Shown here one piece after another: positions 19,377-30,539 of a DNA stretch of 64,000 nt (position 1 is its first letter; each line of letters opens with the position of its first letter). The translations under genes and the position numbers were made by a program. This stretch comes from Camelus dromedarius (taxonomy: Eukaryota), in NCBI RefSeq assembly GCF_036321535.1, contig NC_087451.1, forward strand, positions 19,034,001-19,098,000, read 5' to 3'. The notes under the pieces are model-generated. The model was not told the DNA's origin. It did no database searches and saw nothing but the letters and a program-made list of their open reading frames with translations.

Positions 19377-19482
19377 ACTAGACTGTAAGCCTTAAGAGGG
19401 CAGGAAATATGTCTTGTTCACTGTACAAGCACCTAGCACAGGTCCTAACCTAAGTAGGTGCTTAGCATTGGTTGAATAAATA
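19377..19482 (+). mobile_element. L2 3' end in the CHRNB1 3' UTR, containing AATAAA (19475-19480)
   Basis: ctagactgtaagccttaagagggcagg...cacctagcacag...gtaggtgcttag...gttgaataaat is the L2 terminal motif. Confidence 0.7.
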
Positions 19483-19835
19483 GGGATTTTTTTTTTCTGT
19501 AAGGAAATACACTAAGTAATAGTGCTTATGTTTGCATGTTGGGACTAGTCGTCATTTTTCTTTGCTTTTACCTTTCTGTAGTTTACTGTATTTTGTAATA
19601 AGTATTATTTTTAGGATAAAAAAGGGTTACTTCTAAAAGGGTGCATTTGTAATGGGGGGGATAGGTGCACTTTAAAAACCTCCACTCAAGTTGGAATTGC
19701 TCCAACTTGGACAAGCTGCTCAGAACTTGGACAAGCTACTAAACTGTTCTGTGCCTCAGTTTCCCCATCTGTAAAATGAAGCTAGTCTGAGGATCATATG
19801 AGAAGATGGGAAGAAAAGCATTATACAATATATAC

Positions 19836-20123
19836 CAGGAGTTGCAAACTGGTGTGTTTTGTTTCGCCCATATTTTTGGCAAGCAAAACTTAAAATTTGA
19901 ACTGTTCACTACTTTTAAAATGTGGATATTTCACAGAGAAATTTGAATTTCTCACTTCTCTTGAAAAATTTAATGAACTGCAGTGACACTAGGTCTGCTC
20001 CCCTGTTGGCAGCAACCTGCTGGTTAATAGCTGCCCACTCTGGTCAAGGTATTTGTACCAGAGTTCCTCAAAGCCCCCACCCACCTGATCAGCTTCACTT
20101 AGCTTACTTGCCCATCCTTGTAT
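19836..20123 (+). mobile_element. MER102-like hAT/Charlie element
   Basis: caggagttgcaaactgg...gtgttttgtttcgccc...gatatttcacagagaaatttgaatttctcacttctcttgaaaaat follows the recalled MER102 consensus. Confidence 0.6.
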
Positions 20124-20607
20124 AACACTGGACAAAATACATGGGAGGGGAGGAGGAGGGACAAGGAATTGAAGCCCCTGGGAGGCTAGGAGTGGAATAA
20201 GAAAGGGTGTTGGTGTCTCTTATGGCCATCACACATTTTGTGCCTCAGTTTCCTTTCAGTTTAGAGAAAGGGCTGCACCTGTTTGAAGGCAGGGCCTTTC
20301 TGGGATGTGAAGATCTTGTGCCCAGCAGGCTGTGTGAACTGGACTGAGTTAATGTTTCTGCCTGGAGGTCAGAGCAAAGTCAGCTTGAGCCTAGTGGCTG
20401 CAGCAATTACAGTGAAATACCTAGGGTCAGCAGGCTGTCACACCTACTCAACTGCTGGAAGTTGTCCTAAGAGGGAGAATAGGGCTACAACTCACAGGGA
20501 CCCCTGTGGGACAAGGTTAGCGTGTCCCTGTCCAGCCAGACCCACCAGCCACACCAATAATTGCACCTGGCATCCCACTGCGGAGCACGGTTTGTTTGTC
20601 TTGTTGG

Positions 20608-20613
20608 TTTATT
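20608..20613 (-). terminator. ZBTB4 polyadenylation signal (AATAAA on minus strand)
   Basis: TTTATT on + at the end of a roughly 2.5 kb UTR-like region. A second TTTATT lies at 21251-21256. Confidence 0.6.
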
Positions 20614-21881
20614 GGCCTAGAGAGTTGGACACACACACAAATGCGGAGATAAATATTGGTCAGTTTCTCTAAATCTGGGTCCTCACTACGTATAGAGCTA
20701 GAGTCTGTAGAATTCTAAATCTTGCGTGCTGTGGCACAGAACCAGTGGCCTTCCCACTCCACCGTCACCCTTCTTCCCAGGGAACATGGGGAAAGAGGGC
20801 ACAGATTGACAAGACTTGATCATTTTCAAAAGATGAAATTGCCAAATCCCAAATTTCCAACACCTGAAATTCACAATATTCAAGTTCCCCAGCTCAGATA
20901 CATATATTTTAATCTCCTTTTCGCCACAATCTCCTTTGTTGCCCAGAACCACCAAATTCTGGAAACTATTTTCCTAAATCATATTTTCAAAAAAATAAAT
21001 GTCTACAATCTCAGTTCTCCCAAAATGTCCATGGTTTCAGAATTTTGACCTGTTATGAAATTCAAATTCCCTGGTCTATCCTCAACCCCTTCTGTTTCCT
21101 GTGCCTTTCTGCCTCAGAGGAGTGCAGGTTAAGGATATAGGGGGACTGTCATCACACCTGCCCCCTGCCTCCAAGGCCTTCCTCAGTCCCTCTTGTGGTT
21201 CCGCTGTGTAAATATATATATAATTTGTGTGTAGATATATATATGTATTCTTTATTATGTACTTTTTTCCCCCGCAGTTTTTCTAAAGTGCCAGAAACAA
21301 GATTTGTGGGAATTTTTTAGTGATTTTTTTTTTTTTGCATTTTCCCATGTTTTAAACTTTTCTTCCCCTTAAAAATTGGAACTTGGTACATTCAGTAGGA
21401 AACTCTTCACTCGGATTGTGGCCAAGACCAAGAAAAGTGCAAAGAGACAGAGGAGGAGTGAAGGAGCGCCACTCCTCCGTGGTTAACATTCAGGGAGCCT
21501 GTCGAAACCTCCCCTTTCCATATGCTGGGAGGGTGAGAGAAGGCAGGATGCTCCTGTCCCTCCGCCAAAATCACCTCCCTCCAAAAGCCATGATCTTGCC
21601 CTTTGAGCATCTGTTGAGAGGGCAGCCATCTTGGCCCCAGAAAACAGTAGCTGGGAAAAAGGCTGCCATTTTGATGACAACAGCTTTTCCCCTTTTTAAA
21701 CTGCACTCCTCTAATTCCCATTTATCACATTTGCTCCCCTAAACTGGCTCTCCCCATGTGGGCTGTTTTTTCCTGGGGAGAGGTGGATGGATGGGAAATG
21801 TTCATTCAGTCACAGAGTGGGGAGGCCCAGTTATCAAAGAGAATTAGGAGCAAACATTTCTTCAACTCCCCCACTGGAAGG

Positions 21882-22012
21882 NNNNNNNNNNNNNNNNNNN
21901 NNNNNNNNNNNNNNNNNNNNNNNNNNNNNNNNNNNNNNNNNNNNNNNNNNNNNNNNNNNNNNNNNNNNNNNNNNNNNNNNNNNNNNNNNNNNNNNNNNNN
22001 NNNNNNNNNNNN
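21882..22012. other. N-gap (131 nt) in the ZBTB4 3' UTR
   Basis: Run of N. Confidence 0.99.
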
Positions 22013-23161
22013 CTATTTTGCAGGGAAAGTTGGTGGGGATACCCCAAAGCCCACCAAGGGGGTAGGATGGTTCCCCAAAAAACCATCTGGAGTCATTGGT
22101 GAGGGAAATGATCCTGGGGAAGATGGGGGTGAAGGTAAGGACGGGAGGTCATGTGCAAATCTTGGGCTTACCCACCCATCCAACCCCCATCGTTTTTCTG
22201 GCTATTTGGTCTAGTCTGGGAGAAACCATCGGGAAAAAACAGGGAGAAAGTAGATTCCCTTCCCCATCCCATATAGAGCTCCTCCCTCCTGGCCCCCAAA
22301 TCTGGTTTAGCCCAGAAGAGGCCATATGTAGAGGCAAAAAGAGGTGCAGTCTACTCAACTCTTTTGCCTTGGAAGAGTCTGGGGCTCACTAGATTTGGGG
22401 GCCAAGGTAGGGCTGAGATTGGTGCTGCCCTGGGCTGAGAAAGCACTCAGCCATGGAACAGACAGGTAACCCTGCCCCCAGCACCTCCTTGACCTGGATT
22501 GGGAGAGGCCATCCCCAGAGTCTAGGAGTATAAGGAGCAATATGGAAGATCCAAAGGCATGGAAGCCAAGGAAGGCATGGCATCTTCATGTGAAGGAAAC
22601 AGGGACACAGAAACCCAGCCTTGGGAAGAATGGAGTCCAGAGCCACACTCCCAGGTGGGGGGTTGTCAGGTATCACAATGGTCTGGTCCAGGCCCTGGGC
22701 CACAAAGAATGGAATGTGCTAGGAAGCATCTGGGCAAGGGCTTAGAGAAAGCGTCAGAATGAGGGAGGATCGTTAGGTGAGAGAGATGGTTTCCCCCTAG
22801 GTTTACGAATCAGGGGGGCGGGTTAGACATTCAGAGCTGGTGGGAGCCGTGAGTAGAGATTCATATAAGTATATTGCTCAGTTGCCCCAAGGGCTAGAGA
22901 AGGGATGGGAGCTGGCCCTGCCTGTCATGGAGGCCATTCCCTGGAGGAGAACTGAGAGGGGAACCACCAAAGATCCCTTCCCAGGAGATGGGAAAACTAC
23001 AATCTCACACAAAGCAGCCTGACCCCTGAGCTCCAGAGGCCCCCAAGTCCCCGCACAAGCATGTGGAGGGGCTCCCAAGGGGCAAGGAGGCCAAGGAGCT
23101 GGTAGTGGCGGGGGTTCAGGGAGGGTGGCATCTGGTGAAAGGGGGGATCTGGACCCAGAGC

Positions 23162-26100
23162 TCAACCCACGTCTCCCTTCTGGGTTCTTTCAACCCCTGC
23201 CCTTTCCCCTTCTCCCTTAGGGGGCACTGGTGGAGGAAGAGTTGGAGGGGGTGGAGTTGGGGGGGTAGGGGGTGCTGCTTGAGGATTGACTGCGTAGCCA
23301 AAGACCCCTGGTAGGAAGGGAAGGGCCCCCCCACCCTTCTCATCAGGTAGGACCATGTTAAGAGCAACTGGGAGAGCAGCCAAGTTGCTGAAGTTGTAAG
23401 GGTAGGCGGCAAGGAGTTGGGGGCCATAGACGAGTGGGTAGGGCTCAGGGTAGAAGGTGACTTTGGCAGCCCCCATCCCCTCCAGCCGGTCCCCCTCCCC
23501 AGCCCCTAGTGGCCCCTCACTCCCAGGTTTTCCCCTGCCACTGCCAGATTCCCGGCCGCTCCCAATCAGAGCCAGGGGAAATTCCTGCACAGGTGGGTAT
23601 GCATAGGCACCCCCTCCTGCCACCACTGAGGGCTCCTCACCCCCTGAGATGACAGGGTCCTGGAGTGAGGCGGTCTCGGAAGCTTCCTCAGCAGCAGCGC
23701 TCCCGCCACCTGCCTCCCCGCTGGATGAAGAGACTTGCATCTCTTGGGGGGCCTCCTCCTTGACATCCCCGGGTCTGGTGCCAGCGCTGCCCTTGGAGTA
23801 GGCAATGACAGGTGTGGGGGTGCCCCCGGGCCGCTCGGCTGCGTGCCTCTGCCCGTGGCGGCTCAGGGCTGCTGCCGTCTTGCACACCTTGGCGCAGTGA
23901 GGGCAGGTGAAGCGGGTAGAAGGCTTACGTCCAGCCCGGGAGTTGTGGGAGCCCCCGCTATGGGCCTCCTGGTGCTTCCGCAGCTTCCTCAGGGTGGCGA
24001 ATGTCTGGGCACAGTCCCCGCAGCGATGCCTCCGCTCGCCACGGGCATGCCCTGCGGGGCCCTCAGCCGCCGGAGTCTCCTCCCAGCTCCTTCGCTCCAG
24101 CTTCTGTTTCCAGCGAGGTGGCCGGCGGCCTCTGGGCATCCCGCTGCCCCCACTGCTGCCCGGGCCTGCAGCTCCGGCCTTGCGCTTGGGCTTGTAGGAG
24201 TAGTAGGGCCTCCAGAGCTGGTCCTCCCCACCGGCCTTCAACTCCTCCTCCTCATCCTCCTCCTCGTCCTCCTCCTCTTCCTCATCGTCCTCCTCTTCAT
24301 CATCCTCCTCGCTCTCCTCCATCTCCTCTCCACTTAGCTCCCCAGGACGTAGGTCAGTTTCTGAGATGCGGCGCTTTACAATGGCCTCCTCACCGATTCG
24401 CACAGTGATCTGACACAGTGGAGGTGGAGCCTGTAGCTGGGAGGGGCCCCGGCCAGGCCCTGCAGGGGGACCCCCACCCCCGCCAATCCCGCCAGCTGGC
24501 TTGGCCGTGTAAGTCAGAGTCCTCGCGGCCCGTGGGTTCCGGCCCTTGGCCTCCTCTGCAGCTGTGGCGGGCCCTGCGGCCGTTGCTGGGCTGCCGGCTG
24601 TGGCTGGGCTGGTCAGTGTGGCTGCAGGCTCCGGGGGAGGAGGTGGGTACTCACGTTTTTTGGGGGGCCTTGGGGGAGCAGTGTAAGTGATGACTGAGGC
24701 GGCTTGGGCACCCCCTGTGCTGGCCGGCCCACTCCCCGCCCCAGCGCTGCTGCTGCCCCCGTGGACAATGACAGAGGGAGCTGGGTGGGCAAAAGTGATG
24801 ACAGAGGGTGGGGGGCCAGGCTCTGGGGCAGGTGGGGGTCCGGGTGGTGGGCTGGTCGGCATTGCTGCAGGGGCCGGGGTGTTGAGGCTTGGAGAAAGGG
24901 GGGCCTCGGGGGCTCCCTGGCTATAGGTCTTGTAGGGCCGCTTGGCTGCCCGCATGGGGAGCAGGCGGTACAGCTTGAGGGTGTTGAGCTTGGGCTTATA
25001 GCCTCCATTGGGCGTCTTCTCACTGGCTAGGAGGCCCGGGCTGATGCCATGGAAGGCTCGCTGGTGGGTCTTCAGGTTATAATAAGTGACAAAGGTCTCC
25101 CAGCAGAAGATGCACTGGTACCTGGGCCAGGACAGCAGAGAACAGGGCAGGGACAGAGCCACTTGAGTCAGGAGTTCTGAAGCCAGGGCCTCAGCTTCCC
25201 ACATCCTCTCCTGCCTCCACTCGGACTTCGAACTGCCCTAGCCATTTGCTCATGCTCCTTCCAGGCTGCTTGTCTCCCCCGTCAGCCTTGGAAGGGACAC
25301 CAGTCCCAGTTCAGTGCCCCTCACTGGCTGTCAGCTGCCCGGCCTCAGCTGTTCCATCTGAACTGGGAATGATCACATACCTTGCCTAACTCACAAAGCT
25401 TTCTTCTGAAGTTCAAATGACAAAATAGGGAAATATTTTATGAACAGGGGTACATTGTGGAAATATGTATTATAACTGTTAGTGGACATGCCTGTGTTCC
25501 CCAAAGTCCTGTCCTGTGAGGCAACTTTCTCTTTCCTCCTTGGCCTTTTCCACAGCATCAAGCTGGGACATGGCACCCAGGGGTGCTAATAAACAGCAGC
25601 AGAAGGAAACAGGGCTGGAGGGAGGCAGATGGGTGAGTGATGGAAAGCAGGTGAGTGGGCATCTCCAAGATGCCTTTCTACGCCCTCACTCTTGTCCATG
25701 TAGTCCGTGAGTGGACAAGGTCCCATGTGACCCTTCCACCCCACCCACCCCTGCCCCTGGGCCCCCCAAGGCCACTCACCTGCGCTCCCCGGTGTGCCAC
25801 ACCTCGTGCTTGGTACGGTACTCAGCCAGGGCGAACACCTTCTCACAGTAGCGGCAGGGGTACTTCCTCCGCCACGAGTGGACATTGCTGTGCCGCTTCA
25901 GGCTGGACAAGGTCACGTAGGAACGCTCACAGGCCGCGCACACATAGAGTACGTGGCCACCCACCACCTTCACCACATGCTCAGGGCCACCTCGGAAGCC
26001 CACCGGTGGGGGCAGGGCTGAGGCGTCGACTCCTGCAGGGCCACTGGGGCCAGAGCCCCCAGTTCCCACCCCTGCAGACCCCCGAGTGCCAGCTCCCCTA

Positions 26101-26879
26101 CGGCACTGTGCCTCATGGGTCTGCAGCCGCTTGGGATGGATGAAGCTTTTCCCACAGCGGGGGCAGGGGAGGGGCCGCCGGGGCAGCAGGGGCTGTGAGT
26201 CAGGGGCCTGAGCCTCAGCCCTGTCACCCTCCCACTCCCTGGCTGGCCTAGTCCCAGGCCCGAAGCTGTCTTCTTCAGGCTGTGAGGTGGCCATGGGGGC
26301 TGGGGCAGGAGGTATCCAGGCATCACCTCCCTCCCCCAGGCCCTGCAGGCGGGAGATGCCCAGACGCCGCCCCAGAGCTCCAATCTCTGCCACAGCTGCC
26401 CCATCCCCTCCGCCGCCAGGTAGTGCCAGCCGGGCACTGTAGATGAAGTTGAGGACATCAGAGAAGGCAGCTGCTGGGACCCCTGGCAGCTCTAGGACCC
26501 GGGGTGGGGATGAAGCAGGAGGCGNNNNNNNNNNNNNNNNNNNNNNNNNNNNNNNNNNNNNNNNNNNNNNNNNNNNNNNNNNNNNNNNNNNNNNNNNNNN
26601 NNNNNNNNNNNNNNNNNNNNNNNNNNNNNNNNNNNNNNNNNNNNNNNNNNNNNNNNNNNNNNNNNCAGTAATTGGTGGGAGCGGTAGAGGAGCTGAAGCC
26701 AGCAGGGCCTCTCTGAAGAAGGGACTAGAAGCAGCCAGGACACTGCGGTGAGCAGGGAACTTGGTGTCTCCGGCTATGAGGGTGACGTCACAGAAGAGGC
26801 CACGGAGCCGCTGCTCGTTGAGCTGGCGCAGGACAGCGGGGGCATGGGACGGGTCCGTCACCTCTGCTGGGGGGGGCAT
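23162..26879 (-). CDS. ZBTB4: ZBTB4, Kaiso-family BTB/zinc-finger methyl-CpG-binding repressor, about 1019 aa
   Basis: Coding exons 26879-25780 and 25121-23162, joined in phase 2 (AG|G = Arg, giving HTGERRYQC); 3060 nt. BTB start MPPPAEVTDPSHAPAVLRQLNEQR and C2H2 fingers are present. The 141-nt gap at 26525-26665 preserves the frame. Confidence 0.97.
26525..26665. other. N-gap (141 nt) inside the ZBTB4 BTB insert (Ser-rich tract in orthologues)
   Basis: Length is a multiple of 3 and the flanks stay in frame. Confidence 0.9.
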
Positions 26880-27127
26880 GGCGCCAGCCTAAACAGAGGA
26901 GAAGAGGCCAGGGAGGATCTCAGAGGCTGGGCAGAGGGTAGAGGCCTCTGCAATCAGGGAGGTGAGCCGAGAGAGGTTGGGGGCTGTTGGTCAGAGACTG
27001 GTGGAAGGCTGACTAACTTCTGGTGACAGAAGCCAGGGGTCAACCTGAGCCACCCCACATCTGGCCAGCGTCCAATGCCAGTAAGTCACACGTCTAGTGC
27101 TGGAAGAGGCCAGGGATGCCTCAGGTC

Positions 27128-27271
27128 TTTTTTTCACCATTTTGCGGGGGGCGGGGGGGGGGGTAGGTAATTAGGTTCACTTATTTATCTTAATGGAGGT
27201 ACTGGGCATTGAACCCTGGACCTCATGCATACCGAACACGCACTCTACCACTGAGCTGTACTCTCCCCCAC
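27128..27271 (-). mobile_element. tRNA-derived camelid SINE (Vic-1-like) with a perfect 13-bp TSD
   Basis: TSD tgcctcaggtctt at 27117-27129 and 27272-27284. Reverse strand GGGGAGAGTACAGCTCAGTGGTAGAGTG...GGTTCAATGCCCAGTACCTCC...AACCTAATTACC. Confidence 0.88.
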
Positions 27272-27471
27272 TGCCTCAGGTCTTGATGAAGGTCAGGGGT
27301 CAAAACCTCCAAGGCACAGACTAGCGAGGTAACGCACTGGGAGGAGGAGGCCCCCACAACTGCTGATGACCATTTCACAGGGCTCCCCAGCCTGGACACA
27401 ACGGCTTCCCTTGCTGGCCTGCTGCCTCATGCCCAGTTTTCCCTCACTGCGGACCTCTCACACCGTCTCAC

Positions 27472-27541
27472 CTGACAGCACAGCCAACATGGAGCGGAGC
27501 CGGGGTGGCTCAGCGAGTCCCTTCTGTCGGGCCTCTTCCCT
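27472..27541 (-). other. ZBTB4: ZBTB4 5' UTR exon 2 (70 nt)
   Basis: Minus-strand acceptor ggtttctgtttctccacAG and donor cag|GTgaga. Confidence 0.8.
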
Positions 27542-29186
27542 CTGTGGAGAAACAGAAACCACATTCTCAGGAAGGGAACTGGGCAAGACAGGACGCAGGG
27601 GGTGGGGGTGGCGCAGCGCTCAGGGCCAAAGAAGCCAGGGCTGCTCTGCAGACCCTGACCCTCCCAGGAGCCTGTCAGGTTGCTTGCTTAATTAGCTGCA
27701 GCCAGTCAGACCTAGGAGGTCACACAGGTTATTGCAAAGCCTTGTTCTGCTTGCCCCCAGAAGTATAGGAACAAGATAATTTGCATATTCCCAATTTACC
27801 TCAAAACAATCTAGCAGCCTACTTCAATCCCTAGGCCCAGGGAAGCCTGCTGGATCACTCTCAAGTCCCTTTGGCCCAATCTTCGGGGCTCAAAGGAAAT
27901 CAAAGATTTGCATGTTGTCTTTCATTTTAATAGTCTCATTTACATGTCAAAATAGATTTGCTTGAGCTTTTTCAACGGACCAAGCTGCCAGATACTCAAA
28001 TTGGGAGAGGACCTCCTCATTTGAAATCTTAGAGGGGGTTTCTGGCCTATGTGCCAGGCAACCACCAAAGATCACGAACTCATGCACACGGGCCAGCTTG
28101 CTCTAATCTCTGGAGGGCACTGGAAAGGCCACTGGACCGGAAGTGAGGAAGTTTGAGTCCCACTCCTTACTTTGAGTGCTGGTGGCTTTGGGACTTTGGC
28201 TTAAAAATGGGGGTGGGAGTGAGGAACGCAACCCCTACCTCACCTCTTGCTGGGAGGCTCATCCAAAAGGAATAGCAGGCACCCCACACGCACACCGTGG
28301 CGGTCACTGCACAGAAAGCACCTCACAGCTGCTTTCCCCTGTGGGCACAGCCAGGGCTTTGGGGGCTCATTTTTCAGTTGAAGATCTGAGTTCCAGAGCC
28401 ATACAGGAACTTAGCCAAAGACACACAGAGCTGGTCATAACAGGTGGGGCCTGTTCACAGGCCAGGCCTGCTGACTCGAGAGCAGAGCTTGCCGCTCCTT
28501 GTCCACCCTCTGTGATGCCTGGGGGTCTCCCTTCCGCACGCCCTGGGTCATCCATGACTCCGAGGTGTCCTACGTCAGGAGTTCCTCATACAATCCCCCC
28601 CCTAAAAAAAAAACCACTCTCTTCCCATTTATTACTCATACTATCTAGACTAAGAGGACTCCACAGCCCATGTCACACCCCCAAAAGACTGTTCTGACTC
28701 CTGTCCTGGAAGAGGAGGCGGAGGGTGGTGAACAGGGGTGATATTCCAAAGTTCTAACAGCCCCAACTGCCATGCACACACCTGGGTCAAGTGCTACCAT
28801 CCGTTGCTGGATTGCAAGCGGGTAGGGAATCCTGGGGAAGAGGCCCTGCTCGAGGGCTGGTGTTCAGTTCTGGTTGTAAAATGAGGAGAAAGAGCAAGGC
28901 TGCCCACTCCCTTCCAAGATAGCCACTAGCCCACCGGGACCCCCAAGAGTCGGCTTTACTTGCCTTACCTCATTTCTTCCTAAGGTAGCAGTTAGCTTCC
29001 TGATTTTAAAGTGACAGACCGAGGCTCAGAGATGCTAGGTAACTGCCCAATGATACATGACCAGTGAGTAGCGGGGCTGGGATCTGATCCCAGAAAGTTT
29101 GGCACCAAAGCCTGTGTTCTTGATTATATCACATCGAGATGAAGGCCATGTTTACAGCTATGATACTGTGATATCATATGAAATTA

Positions 29187-29402
29187 AGTTGACCCTTGAA
29201 CAACATGGATTTGAACTGCTCAGGTCCAGTTCCATGTGGATTTTTTCAACAGTAAATACTACAGTTCTACATGATGTGAGTTTGGCTGAATCTGAGAATG
29301 TGGAACTTTGGATACAGGGGGCCGACTGTAAGGCTATACTTGGATTTTTCACTGTTTGGAGTATCTGCACCCCTAATCCCCACATTGTTCAAGGGTCAAC
29401 TG
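29187..29402. mobile_element. Tigger2/MER8-type TcMar MITE
   Basis: Terminal inverted repeats agttgacccttgaacaa (29187-) and ttgttcaagggtcaactg (-29402), followed by TA. Confidence 0.8.
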
Positions 29403-29404
29403 TA

Positions 29405-30270
29405 TATATATTTGGCCTTTGTCCCCATTCCTGACTCAGAGCTCCTAAAACTCTAATTTCCCAAGTGATAGGGATGTTAGGAGCATCTTGTTCTGATATT
29501 TGGTCTTTGACCCCAGTTCCTAACATAAAGCTCCTGAACCCTTTGGAATTTCCTGGGTGATAGGAGTGTCTCTTGTTTTAATGAGGCAAATCTTGCTGGG
29601 CTCCTGGATGGGGACTGGTCACCAGAAGCCATGGCTGGAAGCTTGGAACATTCAGCCCCACCCCCACCAAAAGGGCCTGGGAGGGGAAAGGGCCTGCAGA
29701 CTGAGTTACTAATCGATCATGCCTATGTGATGAGGCTTCTGCAAAAATCCCTTAATTATGGGGTTCAGAGAGCTTCCGGGTTGCTAAACTCACACACTGA
29801 GAAGGTCATGGACCCGCACTTTGTAGAGACAGACGCTCTTCCACTCAGGACCCTTCTAGACCTTGCCCTCCATACCCCTTCATCTGGCTATTCATCTGTA
29901 CTGACAAATCCTTTATTATACAATAAACCAATAAACATAAGTATTTCCCTCAATTCTATGAGCCATCCTAGCAAATTATCAAAACTGAGGAGGGGGTCGT
30001 GGGGAAGCCTGATTTCTTGCTGGTCAGTTAGGAGTATGGGAGGCCACGATTGGCACCTGGCACCTGAAGTGGGGGCCGCCTTGTGGGACTGAGCCCTTAA
30101 CCTGTGGGATCTGATGCTACCTCCTAGCAAATAGTATCAAAATTGAATTGAACTGCAGGACACCCAGCTAGTGTCAGAAAATTGAACAGTGTGGGGGAAA
30201 ACCCCACACATTTGGTGTCAGAAGTGTTGTGAGTAGAATGGATAGAAAACAGTTGTGGTTTTCTTTCAAC
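29405..30270 (+). mobile_element. MER21-family solo LTR
   Basis: Internal duplication agctcctaaaact/agctcctgaaccc, central aataaaccaataaa, and terminal ccccacacatttggtgtcagaagtgttgtgag...aca match the recalled MER21 structure. Confidence 0.72.
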
Positions 30271-30539
30271 AGCATCCACTAGGACCCCCCACTAGCCCAT
30301 CCAGGGTCTTTGTGAAAATCAGAGGAAGGGGGGAAAAACAGGAAAGGCCGCCTCCTTCATGAGGTAGCAACCCACAGGTGAGCACAGCGAAGGTCTGATT
30401 CCAGGCCTGCCCACATGCACAACCATATGGGCTTGGTGCCTACTGAGGCCAAGATATTTGGACAAGGCCTATCAAGGCTTCTTAGAACCACAGAAGTCCG
30501 AAGCTGGCTTGGCCCTTGGAGATCAGCTAGAACCATCAT

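Noticed and set aside
19687-19737. 9-bp hairpin (caagttgga/tccaacttg) and a 14-bp direct repeat with period 20
   Set aside because: Lies at a MIR edge; a small local duplication with no supporting context.
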